This document shows, piece after piece, positions 29,595 through 39,796 of a stretch of DNA of 64,000 nucleotides (position 1 is its first letter; each line of letters begins with the position of its first letter). The notes under the pieces were generated by a model. That model saw only the letters and a list, made by a program, of their open reading frames with translations. It was not told the origin of the DNA and searched no databases. The position numbers and the translations under genes are program-made. Source of the stretch: Candidatus Omnitrophota bacterium (lineage in GTDB: Bacteria > Omnitrophota > Gorgyraeia > Zapsychrales > JANLHA01); the NCBI GenBank assembly GCA_023247795.1, contig JAHFFT010000003.1, positions 12,769 through 76,768 on the forward strand. The letters are read 5' to 3'.

Positions 29595-30590
29595 TTGAAG
29601 AAAAATAATCCAAAGGAAAAACGTGTTTTCAGTGCCATGCGTCCGACGGGCAAGCTGCATTTGGGCCATTGGGTGGGTGCTCTACAAAGTTGGCTCTTGC
29701 TTCAGGAGCAGCATGAATGCATTTTTAGCATCGTGGACTGGCATGCCTATATGGGAGAGTATGCGCAGAGTCACGAGATATCGGAACATATCATCGATAT
29801 GGCTGCGGACTGGCTCGCTTGCGGGATCGATCCGGACCGCTCGGTCCTTTTTGTCCAATCGGAAGTGCCCGAACACCTCGAACTTTATATGATCCTTTCC
29901 TGCATCACTCCGCTCGGCTGGCTCGAGCGCAATCCAACGTATAAGGAGCAGTTGAGAGAAATCAAATCCCGGGATTTGCAGACCTTTGGATTTTTAGGAT
30001 ATCCGGTTCTTCAGGCCGCTGATATATTGCTTTATAAAGCCAATGTCGTCCCGATTGGCGAAGATCAACTCCCGCATCTGGAATTGGCCCGCGAGATTGC
30101 CCGTCGGTTTAACAGCATTTACAAGACGGATATTTTTCCGGATTGCGAACCGGTCCTCACCAAGACGCCGCGGCTTTTGGGCGTCGATGGCCGTAAGATG
30201 AGTAAGAGTTATGACAACGCGATCAATCTCGCTGATTCCCCACACGAGATCCAGAAAAAAGTCAGCCGCATGTTTACCGATCCAAAGCGGATCAAAATAA
30301 CCGATCACGGTCACCCCGAGGCCTGCAATGTCTACAGCTATTATCAAGTTTTTGCCCAGCAAGAATCCAAGGCCGTGTATGATTGGTGCACAGGAGCAAA
30401 AAAGGGGTGTACTGAGTGCAAGGCCTTCCTCGCGCAGTCGATTCTGATGCAGCTCGCTCTCTTACAGGAAAAAAGAGAAACATTAATGAAGAACAAAGAC
30501 CGGATTCGTGATATTTTAAATATGGGGCGGAAGAAGGCCCAGGCCATGGCCCGCCAGACGCTCGAGGAAATCAAAGAAATCATTTTTTAA
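29595..30590 (+). CDS. trpS: Tryptophanyl-tRNA synthetase
   Basis: PTGKLHLGH, YPVLQAAD, GEDQ, KMSKS. Confidence 0.97.
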   Translation: MKKNNPKEKRVFSAMRPTGKLHLGHWVGALQSWLLLQEQHECIFSIVDWHAYMGEYAQSHEISEHIIDMAADWLACGIDPDRSVLFVQSEVPEHLELYMILSCITPLGWLERNPTYKEQLREIKSRDLQTFGFLGYPVLQAADILLYKANVVPIGEDQLPHLELAREIARRFNSIYKTDIFPDCEPVLTKTPRLLGVDGRKMSKSYDNAINLADSPHEIQKKVSRMFTDPKRIKITDHGHPEACNVYSYYQVFAQQESKAVYDWCTGAKKGCTECKAFLAQSILMQLALLQEKRETLMKNKDRIRDILNMGRKKAQAMARQTLEEIKEIIF

Positions 30591-30601
30591 CCCACTTCCC
30601 C

Positions 30602-31348
30602 ATGAGTTATAAATTGCAACTTGACATTTTTGAAGGCCCGCTCGATCTTCTGCTGTATTTGATCAAGAAGAATGATATCGATATTTACGATATCCCGATC
30701 GTCAAAGTCACTGAGCAGTACATGCAGCACATCGAGATGATGAAGCTGTTGGATTTGGAAGTTGTGGGAGATTTTTTGGTGATGGCCGCCACCCTCATCC
30801 AGATCAAATCGAGGATGCTGCTCCCGCCAGACCCGAACGAACAGGAAGACGCGCAATTGGACCCGAGAGAAGAGTTGGTGAAGCGGTTGCTCGAATATAA
30901 AGTTTACAAAGAAGTTGCCGAAGAGTTGAAGGTGCGGGCGGCACAATGGCAGAATTATTTTCCCCGCAATCCCGACGAGGAACGAATGCAGGAGATCAAA
31001 GCCGATGCCACGGAAATCCATTTTGAGGCCAATCTCTTCGATCTCATCAACGCCTTTACCAAAGCGCTCAAGCGGTTTGCCGACAATCCGATTCATGAGG
31101 TGATGCATGAAGAATTCACCGTTGAAGATAAGATCCATGAAATTCTGCATCAGATGCTCAAACGTCCGCGGATGATGATTTCGGAATTTTTCGCCGCGGC
31201 CCGCAGCAAAACCGAAATGGTCGTCTTATTTATGGCCATGCTGGAATTGATCCGGCTGAAGGAAATCAAGGTTGTGCAAAAGCGTATGTTTGCCGATATC
31301 GAAGTCATGCAAAATAAGGAAAAGATGTCGGCCGTAACCGAAGAATGA
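30602..31348 (+). CDS. scpA: Segregation/condensation protein A (kleisin)
   Basis: FEGPLDLLL, FLVMAATL..IKS, F.AMLEL. Confidence 0.95.
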   Translation: MSYKLQLDIFEGPLDLLLYLIKKNDIDIYDIPIVKVTEQYMQHIEMMKLLDLEVVGDFLVMAATLIQIKSRMLLPPDPNEQEDAQLDPREELVKRLLEYKVYKEVAEELKVRAAQWQNYFPRNPDEERMQEIKADATEIHFEANLFDLINAFTKALKRFADNPIHEVMHEEFTVEDKIHEILHQMLKRPRMMISEFFAAARSKTEMVVLFMAMLELIRLKEIKVVQKRMFADIEVMQNKEKMSAVTEE

Positions 31349-32391
31349 TGGAAGAACGCCGTAAGTTGGTATTCAATCAGGAGTCCGAAGAAGACAAAAT
31401 CGTCAGCCTTTCTTTGCGTCCTTCCCGGCTGGCCGAGTTCATTGGTCAGAAAGATCTCGTTGAAAATCTCAAAGTGGCACTCACCGCCGCGAAACAGCGC
31501 AACGAACCCTTAGAACACATGCTTTTTTCCGGCCCGCCCGGGCTGGGTAAGACCTCTTTAGCGTACATCATTTCCCATGAGATGGGTTCTCGCATCACCA
31601 TCACGTCTGGGCCGGCCATTGAACGGGCCGGGGACTTGATTGGCATCTTGACGAATCTGGAACAGGGCGATATCTTGTTCATCGACGAGATCCATCGCCT
31701 GTCAAAGACCGTGGAAGAATTTTTATATCCGGCCATGGAAAATTTCAAGATCGATTTCATCGTCGATAAAGGCCCTTACGCGCGGACCATCAATTTCAAT
31801 CTCAAACCGTTCACCATCATCGGTGCCACGACCCGCAGTGGTCTTTTGGCTTCTCCGCTCCGTGACCGATTTGGGATTTTTCACCATTTGGATTTTTATT
31901 CTCCGGAGGATTTGAGCGTGATTGTCCAGCATTCCGCGCAAAAGCTCAGTGTCGACGTTGATGCCGAGGCTGCGGCGGAAATCGCCCAACGTGCCCGCGG
32001 GACGCCGCGGATCGCGAACCGGCTTTTACGACGGGTCAGGGATTATGCCCAGGTCAAAACCAAGACCGCAAAAATTTTCAAGGCGGTTGTTGTGCAGGCC
32101 ATGCAGTCGCTGGGCATTGACAGCGAAGGGCTTGATGACGTTGATCGCCGGATCCTCAAGGTGATCCAAGAACATTACAAAGGTGGCCCAGTTGGGATCG
32201 AAGCGCTGGCGGCGACTTTGAATGAAGAAATCGATACGATCGTCGATGTGGTGGAACCGTTCTTGCTCAAACGCGGGTTCCTGAAACGGACCGCCCGCGG
32301 CCGGGAAATCACGGAACGGGCTTTAGCGCATCTTAATATTTCTTTAGCCAGCCGGGTCGCTCCATCGGAATTATTTTCGAAAGGACAATGA
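31345..32391 (+). CDS. ruvB: Holliday junction helicase RuvB
   Basis: LRP, GPPGLGKT, DEIHR, RGTPRIA. Confidence 0.98.
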   Translation: MMEERRKLVFNQESEEDKIVSLSLRPSRLAEFIGQKDLVENLKVALTAAKQRNEPLEHMLFSGPPGLGKTSLAYIISHEMGSRITITSGPAIERAGDLIGILTNLEQGDILFIDEIHRLSKTVEEFLYPAMENFKIDFIVDKGPYARTINFNLKPFTIIGATTRSGLLASPLRDRFGIFHHLDFYSPEDLSVIVQHSAQKLSVDVDAEAAAEIAQRARGTPRIANRLLRRVRDYAQVKTKTAKIFKAVVVQAMQSLGIDSEGLDDVDRRILKVIQEHYKGGPVGIEALAATLNEEIDTIVDVVEPFLLKRGFLKRTARGREITERALAHLNISLASRVAPSELFSKGQ

Positions 32392-32606
32392 TGGCCGAGC
32401 TTGGGAAAATATTGTTGGTTACGGGGTTGCTCTTGGCCGGTTTGGGACTGCTTTTTATGGCGCTCAACAAATTTCCCAGCGGATGGAGGGTGCCGGGAGA
32501 TATTTTCATTAAGAAGGAAAATTTCAGTTTCTATTTCCCCTTAGGGACCTGCATTCTTTTAAGCCTGTTGCTGAGTTTTATTTTTCAGCTATTTCATCGT
32601 CGATAA
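32388..32606 (+). CDS. DUF2905-family small membrane protein
   Basis: PGDI, FYFPL.T.ILLS motif; typical ruvB-queA context. Confidence 0.85.
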   Translation: MMAELGKILLVTGLLLAGLGLLFMALNKFPSGWRVPGDIFIKKENFSFYFPLGTCILLSLLLSFIFQLFHRR

Positions 32607-32611
32607 TTAAA

Positions 32612-33805
32612 ATGACCATGCATTCTAAACTGTTTCAACGAACCTGTAGGTTTCTACTTTTTATTTTTATCGTGTTATGTTCTTCGCGACTCGTTATGGG
32701 TGACGAACTGTCACGACCGATTTTGGTCCGCGTTGCTGTTTTGCAAAACGCTCTGGAGGTCAAATTCAATATTCGGGGACGGGCTGACATCATGGATGTC
32801 AACAGTGGACAGTTGCTGGATCAGGCTGGCCGTGCCAGCCTTCTGGCTGTTAAAGTGAATGAACAAGGAAACATTGTCTTTGGTGATCGGACATTTTCGA
32901 CAAGCCATATCCGGATCCATCCTGACCGGGATTTGGAGTTGTCCGTCGAAGGGAAAGAGCAGATGTATCGAGGAGACATTGATTTGCGTAAGACCGAAGA
33001 CAATAAGCTCCTGGTGATCAATGTTTTGGATTTGGAAGAATACATTCGCGGAGTGCTTTACCATGAAGTTTCCCATCGTTGGCCCATGGCGGCCTTAAAA
33101 GCGCAGGCGGTGGCCGCGCGCTCTTACGCGCTTTATCAAATTCAAAACAATTCGGCCAAGCCTTTTGATGTGACCAATGATGTTTATTCCCAGGTTTACG
33201 GCGGGCGATTGTCGGAACGCTATCGGACAAATTTGGCCGTCAGTGAAACAAGGGGAGAGGTCATGCTCTATCAAAACAAAGTACTGCCCGCGTACTATTC
33301 TTCCAATTGCGGCGATTATACCGAAGACAGCCGCGAGGTCTGGAATTCGCAAGAGTTGATTCCGCCCTTACAGGGTGGCCGCTGCATTTACAGCCGCTTT
33401 GCCCCGCATTATAACTGGAAGAAAAATATGCGTCTGGCAGATATTCAAGAAACCTTAAACGCGAACGGCTACGCGCTGGGGACAATCAAAGAGATCAATG
33501 TCGTTGAACGCAATAACAGTTATCGCGTCCGGACCCTTGCTTTCATTACCAGCGACGGAAAAGAAACGCAAATCACGGGAAAAAGATTTCGTGAAATCAT
33601 GGGCGCGAATTTGATTAAAAGCAACAACTATGAGGTCGTAATGAAAGGGTATTATTGCGATTTTTTAGGCAAAGGGTGGGGGCATGGGGTTGGGATGTCG
33701 CAATGGGGGGCGTATGTCATGTCACGGCACCGGTTTCGTTACCAGGACATTCTTCTCTATTATTACCCGGGTGTGAATTTCGTGGACGATCAAACGCTGG
33801 AGTAG
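32612..33805 (+). CDS. SpoIID/LytB-domain peptidoglycan lytic transglycosylase
   Basis: LEEYIRGV..E, ALKAQAVAARSY, SQVYGG, GWGHGVGMSQWGA. Confidence 0.92.
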   Translation: MTMHSKLFQRTCRFLLFIFIVLCSSRLVMGDELSRPILVRVAVLQNALEVKFNIRGRADIMDVNSGQLLDQAGRASLLAVKVNEQGNIVFGDRTFSTSHIRIHPDRDLELSVEGKEQMYRGDIDLRKTEDNKLLVINVLDLEEYIRGVLYHEVSHRWPMAALKAQAVAARSYALYQIQNNSAKPFDVTNDVYSQVYGGRLSERYRTNLAVSETRGEVMLYQNKVLPAYYSSNCGDYTEDSREVWNSQELIPPLQGGRCIYSRFAPHYNWKKNMRLADIQETLNANGYALGTIKEINVVERNNSYRVRTLAFITSDGKETQITGKRFREIMGANLIKSNNYEVVMKGYYCDFLGKGWGHGVGMSQWGAYVMSRHRFRYQDILLYYYPGVNFVDDQTLE

Positions 33806-33811
33806 TCCTTA

Positions 33812-34831
33812 ATGCGGCCCACCGAATTAGCATTTTATGATTATCAGCTTCCGGATGACCTGATTGCCCAGACGCCCCTAAAGTCGCGGCAAGACGCGCG
33901 CTTGTTGATCGTCGACCGAAAGACCAAAAGTCTTTGCCATGATCAATTTAAGAGTTTAGCTAAGTATCTTCCTCCGTCGAGTTTTTTGGTGCTGAATAAC
34001 AGCAAGGTGGTCCCGGCGCGTTTATTGGGAACGAAGTCCCGCACTGGCGGGAAGGTGGAAATCCTTTTGTTGAAACGGCGATCTCGGCCGGATACCTATG
34101 AAGCGTTGCTACGTCCTTTTCGCAGAATCCAACCCGGCGAAGAGATCATTTTTAGTAACAGTTCGTTACGGGCTACGGTTGTTGATCCGCAACAGCGTCT
34201 GATCCGATTTAACCGGAAAGATGTGACCAAAGATCTTAAGAAAATTGGGCACATGCCGCTTCCCCCGTATATCAAACGGGCGGATGACTCCGAAGATCGG
34301 GAATTTTATCAAACTGTTTACGCCCGTTATGCCGGCTCAGTTGCCGCACCGACGGCAGGGCTGCATTTTACTGAACAGCATATCCAGGAATTGAAAGGGC
34401 AGGGGTATGAATTTGGCCAGGCCACGTTGCATATCAATCACGCGACCTTCAAACTGATCACGGCATCAGACATCCGTCAGCATCTTATGCATACCGAGCA
34501 GTTTTCAATGTCCCAACCGGTTTATCAAAAAGTCAAACAAGCAAAGCAGCAGAAACGAAAGATCGTGGCCGTGGGCACGACCAGCTGCCGCGTTTTAGAA
34601 ACCGTAGGCCTTCAAGGTAAGTTCCGAGGAGAAACGAATCTTTTCATTTTTCCTGGATATGATTTTCGATTGACCGATTGCTTATTGACCAATTTTCATT
34701 TACCCTTAAGTTCGTTGTTGATGTTGGTTTATGCCTTTGGTTCGTCGGATTTGATCAAGCAGGCCTATCAAGAGGCGATTCAACAGAAGTACCGTTTTTA
34801 CAGTTATGGCGATGCGATGTTGATCGTATGA
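33812..34831 (+). CDS. queA: S-adenosylmethionine:tRNA ribosyltransferase-isomerase
   Basis: PLPPYI, AAPTAGLHF, VGTT, TNFHLP, FYSYGDAM. Confidence 0.97.
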   Translation: MRPTELAFYDYQLPDDLIAQTPLKSRQDARLLIVDRKTKSLCHDQFKSLAKYLPPSSFLVLNNSKVVPARLLGTKSRTGGKVEILLLKRRSRPDTYEALLRPFRRIQPGEEIIFSNSSLRATVVDPQQRLIRFNRKDVTKDLKKIGHMPLPPYIKRADDSEDREFYQTVYARYAGSVAAPTAGLHFTEQHIQELKGQGYEFGQATLHINHATFKLITASDIRQHLMHTEQFSMSQPVYQKVKQAKQQKRKIVAVGTTSCRVLETVGLQGKFRGETNLFIFPGYDFRLTDCLLTNFHLPLSSLLMLVYAFGSSDLIKQAYQEAIQQKYRFYSYGDAMLIV

Positions 34832-34883
34832 TACCAAACTTCGGTCTAATCCCTGCGAGTTCGAAACGTTCAAAGAGAGCCAC

Positions 34884-36032
34884 ATGCATTTTCAATTATT
34901 AAAAACAGATCACAAAACTAAAGCACGGCTGGGTATTTTGACCACGTCCCATGGCAAATTGGAAACACCATTTTTTATGCCCGTCGGTACTAACGCGACG
35001 GTCAAAGGTTTGTCCAGTTTGGATTTGAAGGAAATGGGGTCGGGGATTGTACTTTCTAACACCTATCATCTTTATCTGCGTCCAGGTATGGAGGTCATCA
35101 AGCATTACGGAGGGCTGCACGGATTTATGAATTGGGACCGGGTGATCTTGACGGACAGCGGCGGGTATCAGGTTTTCAGTTTATCAAAATTGAGAAAAAT
35201 GAGTGATCAAGGTGTTGAGTTCCAATCCCATATCGACGGGAGCAAGCATTTGTTTACGCCAGAAAAGGTGATGGAGATTGAGAATATTTTGGGTTCGGAC
35301 ATGATCATGCCGCTCGATGAATGCGCGCCGTTCCCTTGTGATCGCGAAATGGCTGAAGAGTCGGTAAGACGGACAACCCAATGGGCGATGCGTTCCAAAG
35401 AGGCCTTTGCTGGTCTGCCGGATCGCGGTCAGCTTTTGTTTGGGATCATTCAGGGTTCGACATACGCGGATCTTCGTGAACTGTCGGCCCGGCAGATCAC
35501 AGGAATAGGGTTTTCCGGATACGCCATCGGCGGTGTCAGTGTTGGAGAATCGGTGCCATTGATGTTTACAGCGATTGACCAGACCATGCCTTATCTGCCA
35601 GCAGATCATCCACGCTATTTGATGGGGATCGGTTTACCTGATCAGATTGTGCGCGCCGTTGGTGAGGGCATCGATATGTTTGATACAGTGATCCCGACGC
35701 GTTACGGACGTCATGGCTCAGCCTTTACAAGGAAGGGCAGAATCATTATACTGAACGCGGAATTCACAAAAGACCTTCGGCCGCTTGATGAACAGTGCGG
35801 TTGTCAGGTTTGTCAGAATTTTTCTCGTGGCTATTTACGGCATTTGATTAAGGCCGGTGAAATTCTAGGATTGCGATTGGTTTCCTATCACAATGTGCAT
35901 TTTTACATCCAACTGTTAGTGGATATCCGTAAAGCGATCAAGGCCGGCAGCTTTGCGGAGTTTCAGAAGGATTTTTTAGCGGCGTATCGTAACGAACCGC
36001 TTAACACCGAAGGACAAAAAGTTTCATCATAA
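34884..36032 (+). CDS. tgt: Queuine tRNA-ribosyltransferase
   Basis: FMPVGT, TDSGGYQ, DMFD, CxCxxC...H zinc site. Confidence 0.97.
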   Translation: MHFQLLKTDHKTKARLGILTTSHGKLETPFFMPVGTNATVKGLSSLDLKEMGSGIVLSNTYHLYLRPGMEVIKHYGGLHGFMNWDRVILTDSGGYQVFSLSKLRKMSDQGVEFQSHIDGSKHLFTPEKVMEIENILGSDMIMPLDECAPFPCDREMAEESVRRTTQWAMRSKEAFAGLPDRGQLLFGIIQGSTYADLRELSARQITGIGFSGYAIGGVSVGESVPLMFTAIDQTMPYLPADHPRYLMGIGLPDQIVRAVGEGIDMFDTVIPTRYGRHGSAFTRKGRIIILNAEFTKDLRPLDEQCGCQVCQNFSRGYLRHLIKAGEILGLRLVSYHNVHFYIQLLVDIRKAIKAGSFAEFQKDFLAAYRNEPLNTEGQKVSS

Positions 36033-36033
36033 T

Positions 36034-36717
36034 ATGTTACGTTTTGATATTGTCACCATATTCCCAGCGATGTTCGCCCCGATTCTTGATGAATCGATTT
36101 TGAAGCGCGCTCAGGAAAATAAAAAAATAGCGATCAGGGTTCATGATTTGCGGGATTTCACTTTGGACAAACACCGAAAAGTCGATGATCGTCCGTTTGG
36201 CGGCGGGCCAGGCATGGTGATGATGCCGCAGCCTTTTTTTTCCGCGGTTAAAAAGATCAAAGGCCGCCGCAAGGCCAAGGTGATTTTGACCAGCCCGTCG
36301 GGTGAGCCGTTGACACAAAAAAAAGCCAAGCAATTGGCCAAATTGAAAGATATCATTCTGCTTTGCGGCCATTACGAAGGGGTCGACGAGCGGGTGCAGA
36401 GCAAATTGGCAGATGAGATCATTTCCATCGGTGATTATGTGCTGACCGGCGGCGAGCTAGCGGCGATGGTGATTGTTGATTGTGTGGCCCGTCTGGTGCC
36501 AGGGGTCCTTGGCAAGGCGGCATCATTAAAAGATGAATCTTTTGAGGAAAATCTTTTAGAGTATCCGCAATATACCCGTCCGGCTGATTTTCAAGGGATG
36601 AAAGTCCCGAAAGAACTCCTGACCGGCCATCACCAGGACATCGAACGCTGGCGGCAAGCCCAGTCTATGGCGCGAACCAAGAAATCTCGTCCCGATTTGT
36701 TGAGAAAAGCGGCTTGA
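36034..36717 (+). CDS. trmD: tRNA (guanine37-N1)-methyltransferase
   Basis: [32 protein letters not shown]. Confidence 0.98.
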   Translation: MLRFDIVTIFPAMFAPILDESILKRAQENKKIAIRVHDLRDFTLDKHRKVDDRPFGGGPGMVMMPQPFFSAVKKIKGRRKAKVILTSPSGEPLTQKKAKQLAKLKDIILLCGHYEGVDERVQSKLADEIISIGDYVLTGGELAAMVIVDCVARLVPGVLGKAASLKDESFEENLLEYPQYTRPADFQGMKVPKELLTGHHQDIERWRQAQSMARTKKSRPDLLRKAA

Positions 36718-36739
36718 TGCAACAGGTGAAAAATCCCAG

Positions 36740-36768
36740 TTGACAGGACGGTCTTTCTAGGGTAGAAT
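36740..36768 (+). promoter_or_regulatory. sigma70 promoter for rplS
   Basis: TTGACA (36740-36745), 17 bp, TAGAAT (36763-36768). Confidence 0.75.
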
Positions 36769-36811
36769 TCAACCCTCGTCAGAAGAATTTGCAATTCAGG
36801 AGAACAAAACA

Positions 36812-37189
36812 GTGGATACTGGAAAATTAATCAGCGAACTTGAAGTCAAATACCTACGCAGTGATCTTCCCAAGATTGAAGTTGGCGACGAGATCAAGAT
36901 GCGTGTTAAGGTTGCGGAAGCAGATAAAATACGTGTTCATCCCTTTGAAGGAACGGTCATCTGCAAATCCGGAACCGGCATGCGCGAGACGTTTACGATC
37001 AGAAAAATTTCTTTCGGTGAAGGAGTGGAGAGGACATTCCCGATTCATTCTCCGGTCATTGAAAAGATTACGGTTGTCAGTCAAGGTCAAGTCAATCGAG
37101 CCAAACTTTACTATTTGCGGGACCGGGTTGGGAAAAAGACCCGTGTCCAAAGAAGTGGTCTGCAAGTCAATCAAAACCCCAAAGCATAA
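36812..37189 (+). CDS. rplS: 50S ribosomal protein L19
   Basis: [24 protein letters not shown]. Confidence 0.97.
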   Translation: MDTGKLISELEVKYLRSDLPKIEVGDEIKMRVKVAEADKIRVHPFEGTVICKSGTGMRETFTIRKISFGEGVERTFPIHSPVIEKITVVSQGQVNRAKLYYLRDRVGKKTRVQRSGLQVNQNPKA

Positions 37190-37201
37190 CATCAATATTC
37201 G

Positions 37202-37867
37202 GTGACAGCGGCCAAACCAAGCCAAGTCACGCTCAACCATGAACTTGAGGCTGAGCGTAAAGGGTTTCGTCTCATTTTAGGCATTGATGAGGCGGGTCGC
37301 GGGCCGCTGGCTGGTCCGGTTGTGGCTGCGGCGGTTGCTTTGAAAAGTTCCCAATTTTCGATCCCCGTTGACGATTCCAAAAAATTAACTCCCCAAAAAC
37401 GCGAGTCATTATTTCAGGAAATTCTGGCCCAGGCTTATGTGGGAGTCGGAGTTATGAACGAAAACGTGATTGATGAATACAATATTTTGCGGGCCACTTT
37501 TATGGCGATGGAAACCGCAGTATATCAATTGTTGAGCAAACTTCCCCCAGATGACTTTAAGGCAGAGGATTTCTCAAAACAGATTTGTCTTTTGATTGAC
37601 GGCAACCAGTTTAAGACCGAACTGCCCTATGTTTATGAAACGATTGTTGCCGGGGATTCTTTGAGTCTTTCGATTGCCTGCGCTTCAATCATTGCCAAGG
37701 TGACGCGCGATCGGATATTGAAAGTTTACGATCGGATTTTTCCCCAATACGGATTCGCCCAGCACAAAGGATATGGCACGCTGCAACACCGGCAAGCCAT
37801 CCAGCGCCACGGCCTTTCCTCAATCCATCGTCGGAGTTTTGTCGAGAATTTTTTGGCCACGGCCTAG
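37202..37867 (+). CDS. rnhB: Ribonuclease HII
   Basis: GIDEAGRGPLAGPV, DSKKL, IDGN, AKVTRD. Confidence 0.96.
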   Translation: MTAAKPSQVTLNHELEAERKGFRLILGIDEAGRGPLAGPVVAAAVALKSSQFSIPVDDSKKLTPQKRESLFQEILAQAYVGVGVMNENVIDEYNILRATFMAMETAVYQLLSKLPPDDFKAEDFSKQICLLIDGNQFKTELPYVYETIVAGDSLSLSIACASIIAKVTRDRILKVYDRIFPQYGFAQHKGYGTLQHRQAIQRHGLSSIHRRSFVENFLATA

Positions 37868-37928
37868 GTAAGGTTTTTAATCGTTTGAACATTTCTATTA
37901 TTGGGGAACATCATTTCATTTTCATAAG

Positions 37929-38309
37929 ATGACTTTTTTTCGACAACAGCTTGGCCGGCAAGGAGAAAAGCTGGCCCAGGATCATTTGAAATCGTTAGGG
38001 TTTCGAATTTTGGCGGTCAATTATCGGACTGTCAACGGCGAAATTGATATCATTGCCCAAAAGCGTAAATGGTTGTGTTTCATTGAAGTCAAAACCCGGC
38101 GCAACGATACGTATGGGCTTCCCCGCGAATCGGTCCACAGGAACAAACAGCAAAAAATGATTCGTGCCGCGGAATTTTTTCTCAGCAAAAATCAATTCGA
38201 AGATCATGATCTGCGTTTTGATGTGATTGAAGTCTATCTTGAAAACGAAACGTGCCAACGCATCGAGTTTATTGAAAACGCCTTTGAAATTATTGACGAG
38301 AATGATTGA
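37929..38309 (+). CDS. yraN: YraN (UPF0102) family protein
   Basis: G..GE..A, GEIDII, FIEVKTR, RFDVI. Confidence 0.92.
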   Translation: MTFFRQQLGRQGEKLAQDHLKSLGFRILAVNYRTVNGEIDIIAQKRKWLCFIEVKTRRNDTYGLPRESVHRNKQQKMIRAAEFFLSKNQFEDHDLRFDVIEVYLENETCQRIEFIENAFEIIDEND

Positions 38310-38334
38310 AAAAGGGACTTGTTTTCGTTATATT
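38306..38334 (+). promoter_or_regulatory. Probable sigma70 promoter for fchA-folD
   Basis: TTGAAA (38306-38311), 17 bp, TATATT (38329-38334). Confidence 0.55.
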
Positions 38335-38372
38335 GAATCTCAGCGCGATGGATTGGTCGTGGATGGTGACGC

Positions 38373-38867
38373 GTGAAGAAGAATCTAAAAAATTTCACAT
38401 TGCATGAATACAATCTGGCTTTGGCAAGCAGAATGCCAACCCCGGGAGGTGGATCTGCCTCGGCCCTCAGTGCCGCTTTAGGGGCCAGCTTGATTGCTAA
38501 GGTCGCGAATTATTCTTTGGGGAAAGGGTGCCCGCAGCCGATTGAACAAAAAATCAAAACGGCTTTGCAAAGGGTAGAAAAAATCCGTGACCAGCTTTTA
38601 GAATGTGTTGATTTGGATGCGCAGGCTTATCAGGCCGTGGTTGACGTGAGAAAAAAAGGGACTTCGGTCATGAAAAAGGCATTGAAGCAGGCCCAGGCCG
38701 TCCCGCGAAAAGTCTGCTTGTTAAGTTATCAGGCGTTGGAATTGGCGCCGATTCTCATCGAGCATGGCAATAAATATTTGCTCAGCGATATTGAGGTGGC
38801 CCTGGAGTTGTTGTCCGCGGCCCATCAATCGGCCTTGATCAATGTTAAAGTGAATCAGCCGTCATAG
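38373..38867 (+). CDS. fchA: Cyclodeaminase/cyclohydrolase family protein (FTCD_C; FchA-like)
   Basis: LAS..PTPGGGS, D..AY, GN..LLSD, NV..N; directly upstream of folD. Confidence 0.85.
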   Translation: MKKNLKNFTLHEYNLALASRMPTPGGGSASALSAALGASLIAKVANYSLGKGCPQPIEQKIKTALQRVEKIRDQLLECVDLDAQAYQAVVDVRKKGTSVMKKALKQAQAVPRKVCLLSYQALELAPILIEHGNKYLLSDIEVALELLSAAHQSALINVKVNQPS

Positions 38868-38879
38868 AAAGTTGTTAAG

Positions 38880-39767
38880 ATGTCCGGTCAGATTTTAGAT
38901 GGTAAACTGTTAGCGAAACGGATTAACTCGGAGTTGTCGGCCGAGGTCCAGGTCTTGAAAGATAAGACCGGACAGGTCCCGCATTTGGTTAATCTCATGT
39001 TAGGCAATGAACCAGAGGCGTGTGCTTATGCCAATTCTCAAAAGCGAACGGCAAAGCAGATTGGAATCCGTTATGACTTGGTTCAACTCCCGTCGACAAC
39101 GAAGCAGCTTGAGTTGGAAAGCCATATTCAAAAACTCAATAAGGACCCCGCGGTCCATGGGATCATGATCCATAAACCGGTTCCCAGACAGATCGATTAT
39201 CGTCATATCGGCAATTGTGTCGCGATTGAAAAGGACCTTGAAGGGGTCAACGTTAGCAATATCGGCAAGATGATGTTGGGCGAGACCCTGATCATTCCCT
39301 GCACTCCGGCGGCGGTGATGGAACATATCAAATCCACCGGTATCAACCTGCGCGGAAAAGAGGCAGTGGTGGTTGGTGCCAGTGAAATCGTCGGTAAACC
39401 ACTCAGTTTGTTATTATTGCGGGAATGGGCAACGGTTTCGGTTTGTCACATCGCTACCAGTGAAACCGGACGTTTGCGGGAACACATTGCCGGCGCGGAA
39501 ATTTTAGTGGTTGCCGTTGGTAAGGCTGGACTGATTAAGGGGGAATGGATTAAAAAAGGGGCCATTGTGATCGACGTCGGCATCAATCAGGTCAATGATC
39601 ATATCGTCGGTGATGTGGAATTTGAATCGGCAAAAGAGCGGGCGGCTTTCATCACACCGGTGCCGGGAGGGGTAGGGCCAGTAACGGTTGTCATGCTCAT
39701 GCGAAACGGCATTGAGGCGTATAAATACCAGAAATTACAAAATAAGGTTGGGAGGCGGTCCCTTTAG
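38880..39767 (+). CDS. folD: Methylenetetrahydrofolate dehydrogenase FolD (cyclohydrolase residues altered)
   Basis: PCTP, G.S.IVGKP, DVGIN, TPVPGGVGP. Confidence 0.95.
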   Translation: MSGQILDGKLLAKRINSELSAEVQVLKDKTGQVPHLVNLMLGNEPEACAYANSQKRTAKQIGIRYDLVQLPSTTKQLELESHIQKLNKDPAVHGIMIHKPVPRQIDYRHIGNCVAIEKDLEGVNVSNIGKMMLGETLIIPCTPAAVMEHIKSTGINLRGKEAVVVGASEIVGKPLSLLLLREWATVSVCHIATSETGRLREHIAGAEILVVAVGKAGLIKGEWIKKGAIVIDVGINQVNDHIVGDVEFESAKERAAFITPVPGGVGPVTVVMLMRNGIEAYKYQKLQNKVGRRSL

Positions 39768-39779
39768 GGACTGTCCCCC
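39750..39779 (+). repeat. GGGGACTGTCCC-type REP-like dimer, copy 2
   Basis: gggaggcggtccctttagggactgtcccc; matches 13876-13901. Confidence 0.7.
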
Positions 39780-39796
39780 AATCATTACGGAGTCTT

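Noticed and set aside
32612-33805. Evidence of sporulation from SpoIID
   Set aside because: SpoIID/LytB next to ruvB-queA is common in non-sporulating diderms, and this window encodes LPS synthesis.
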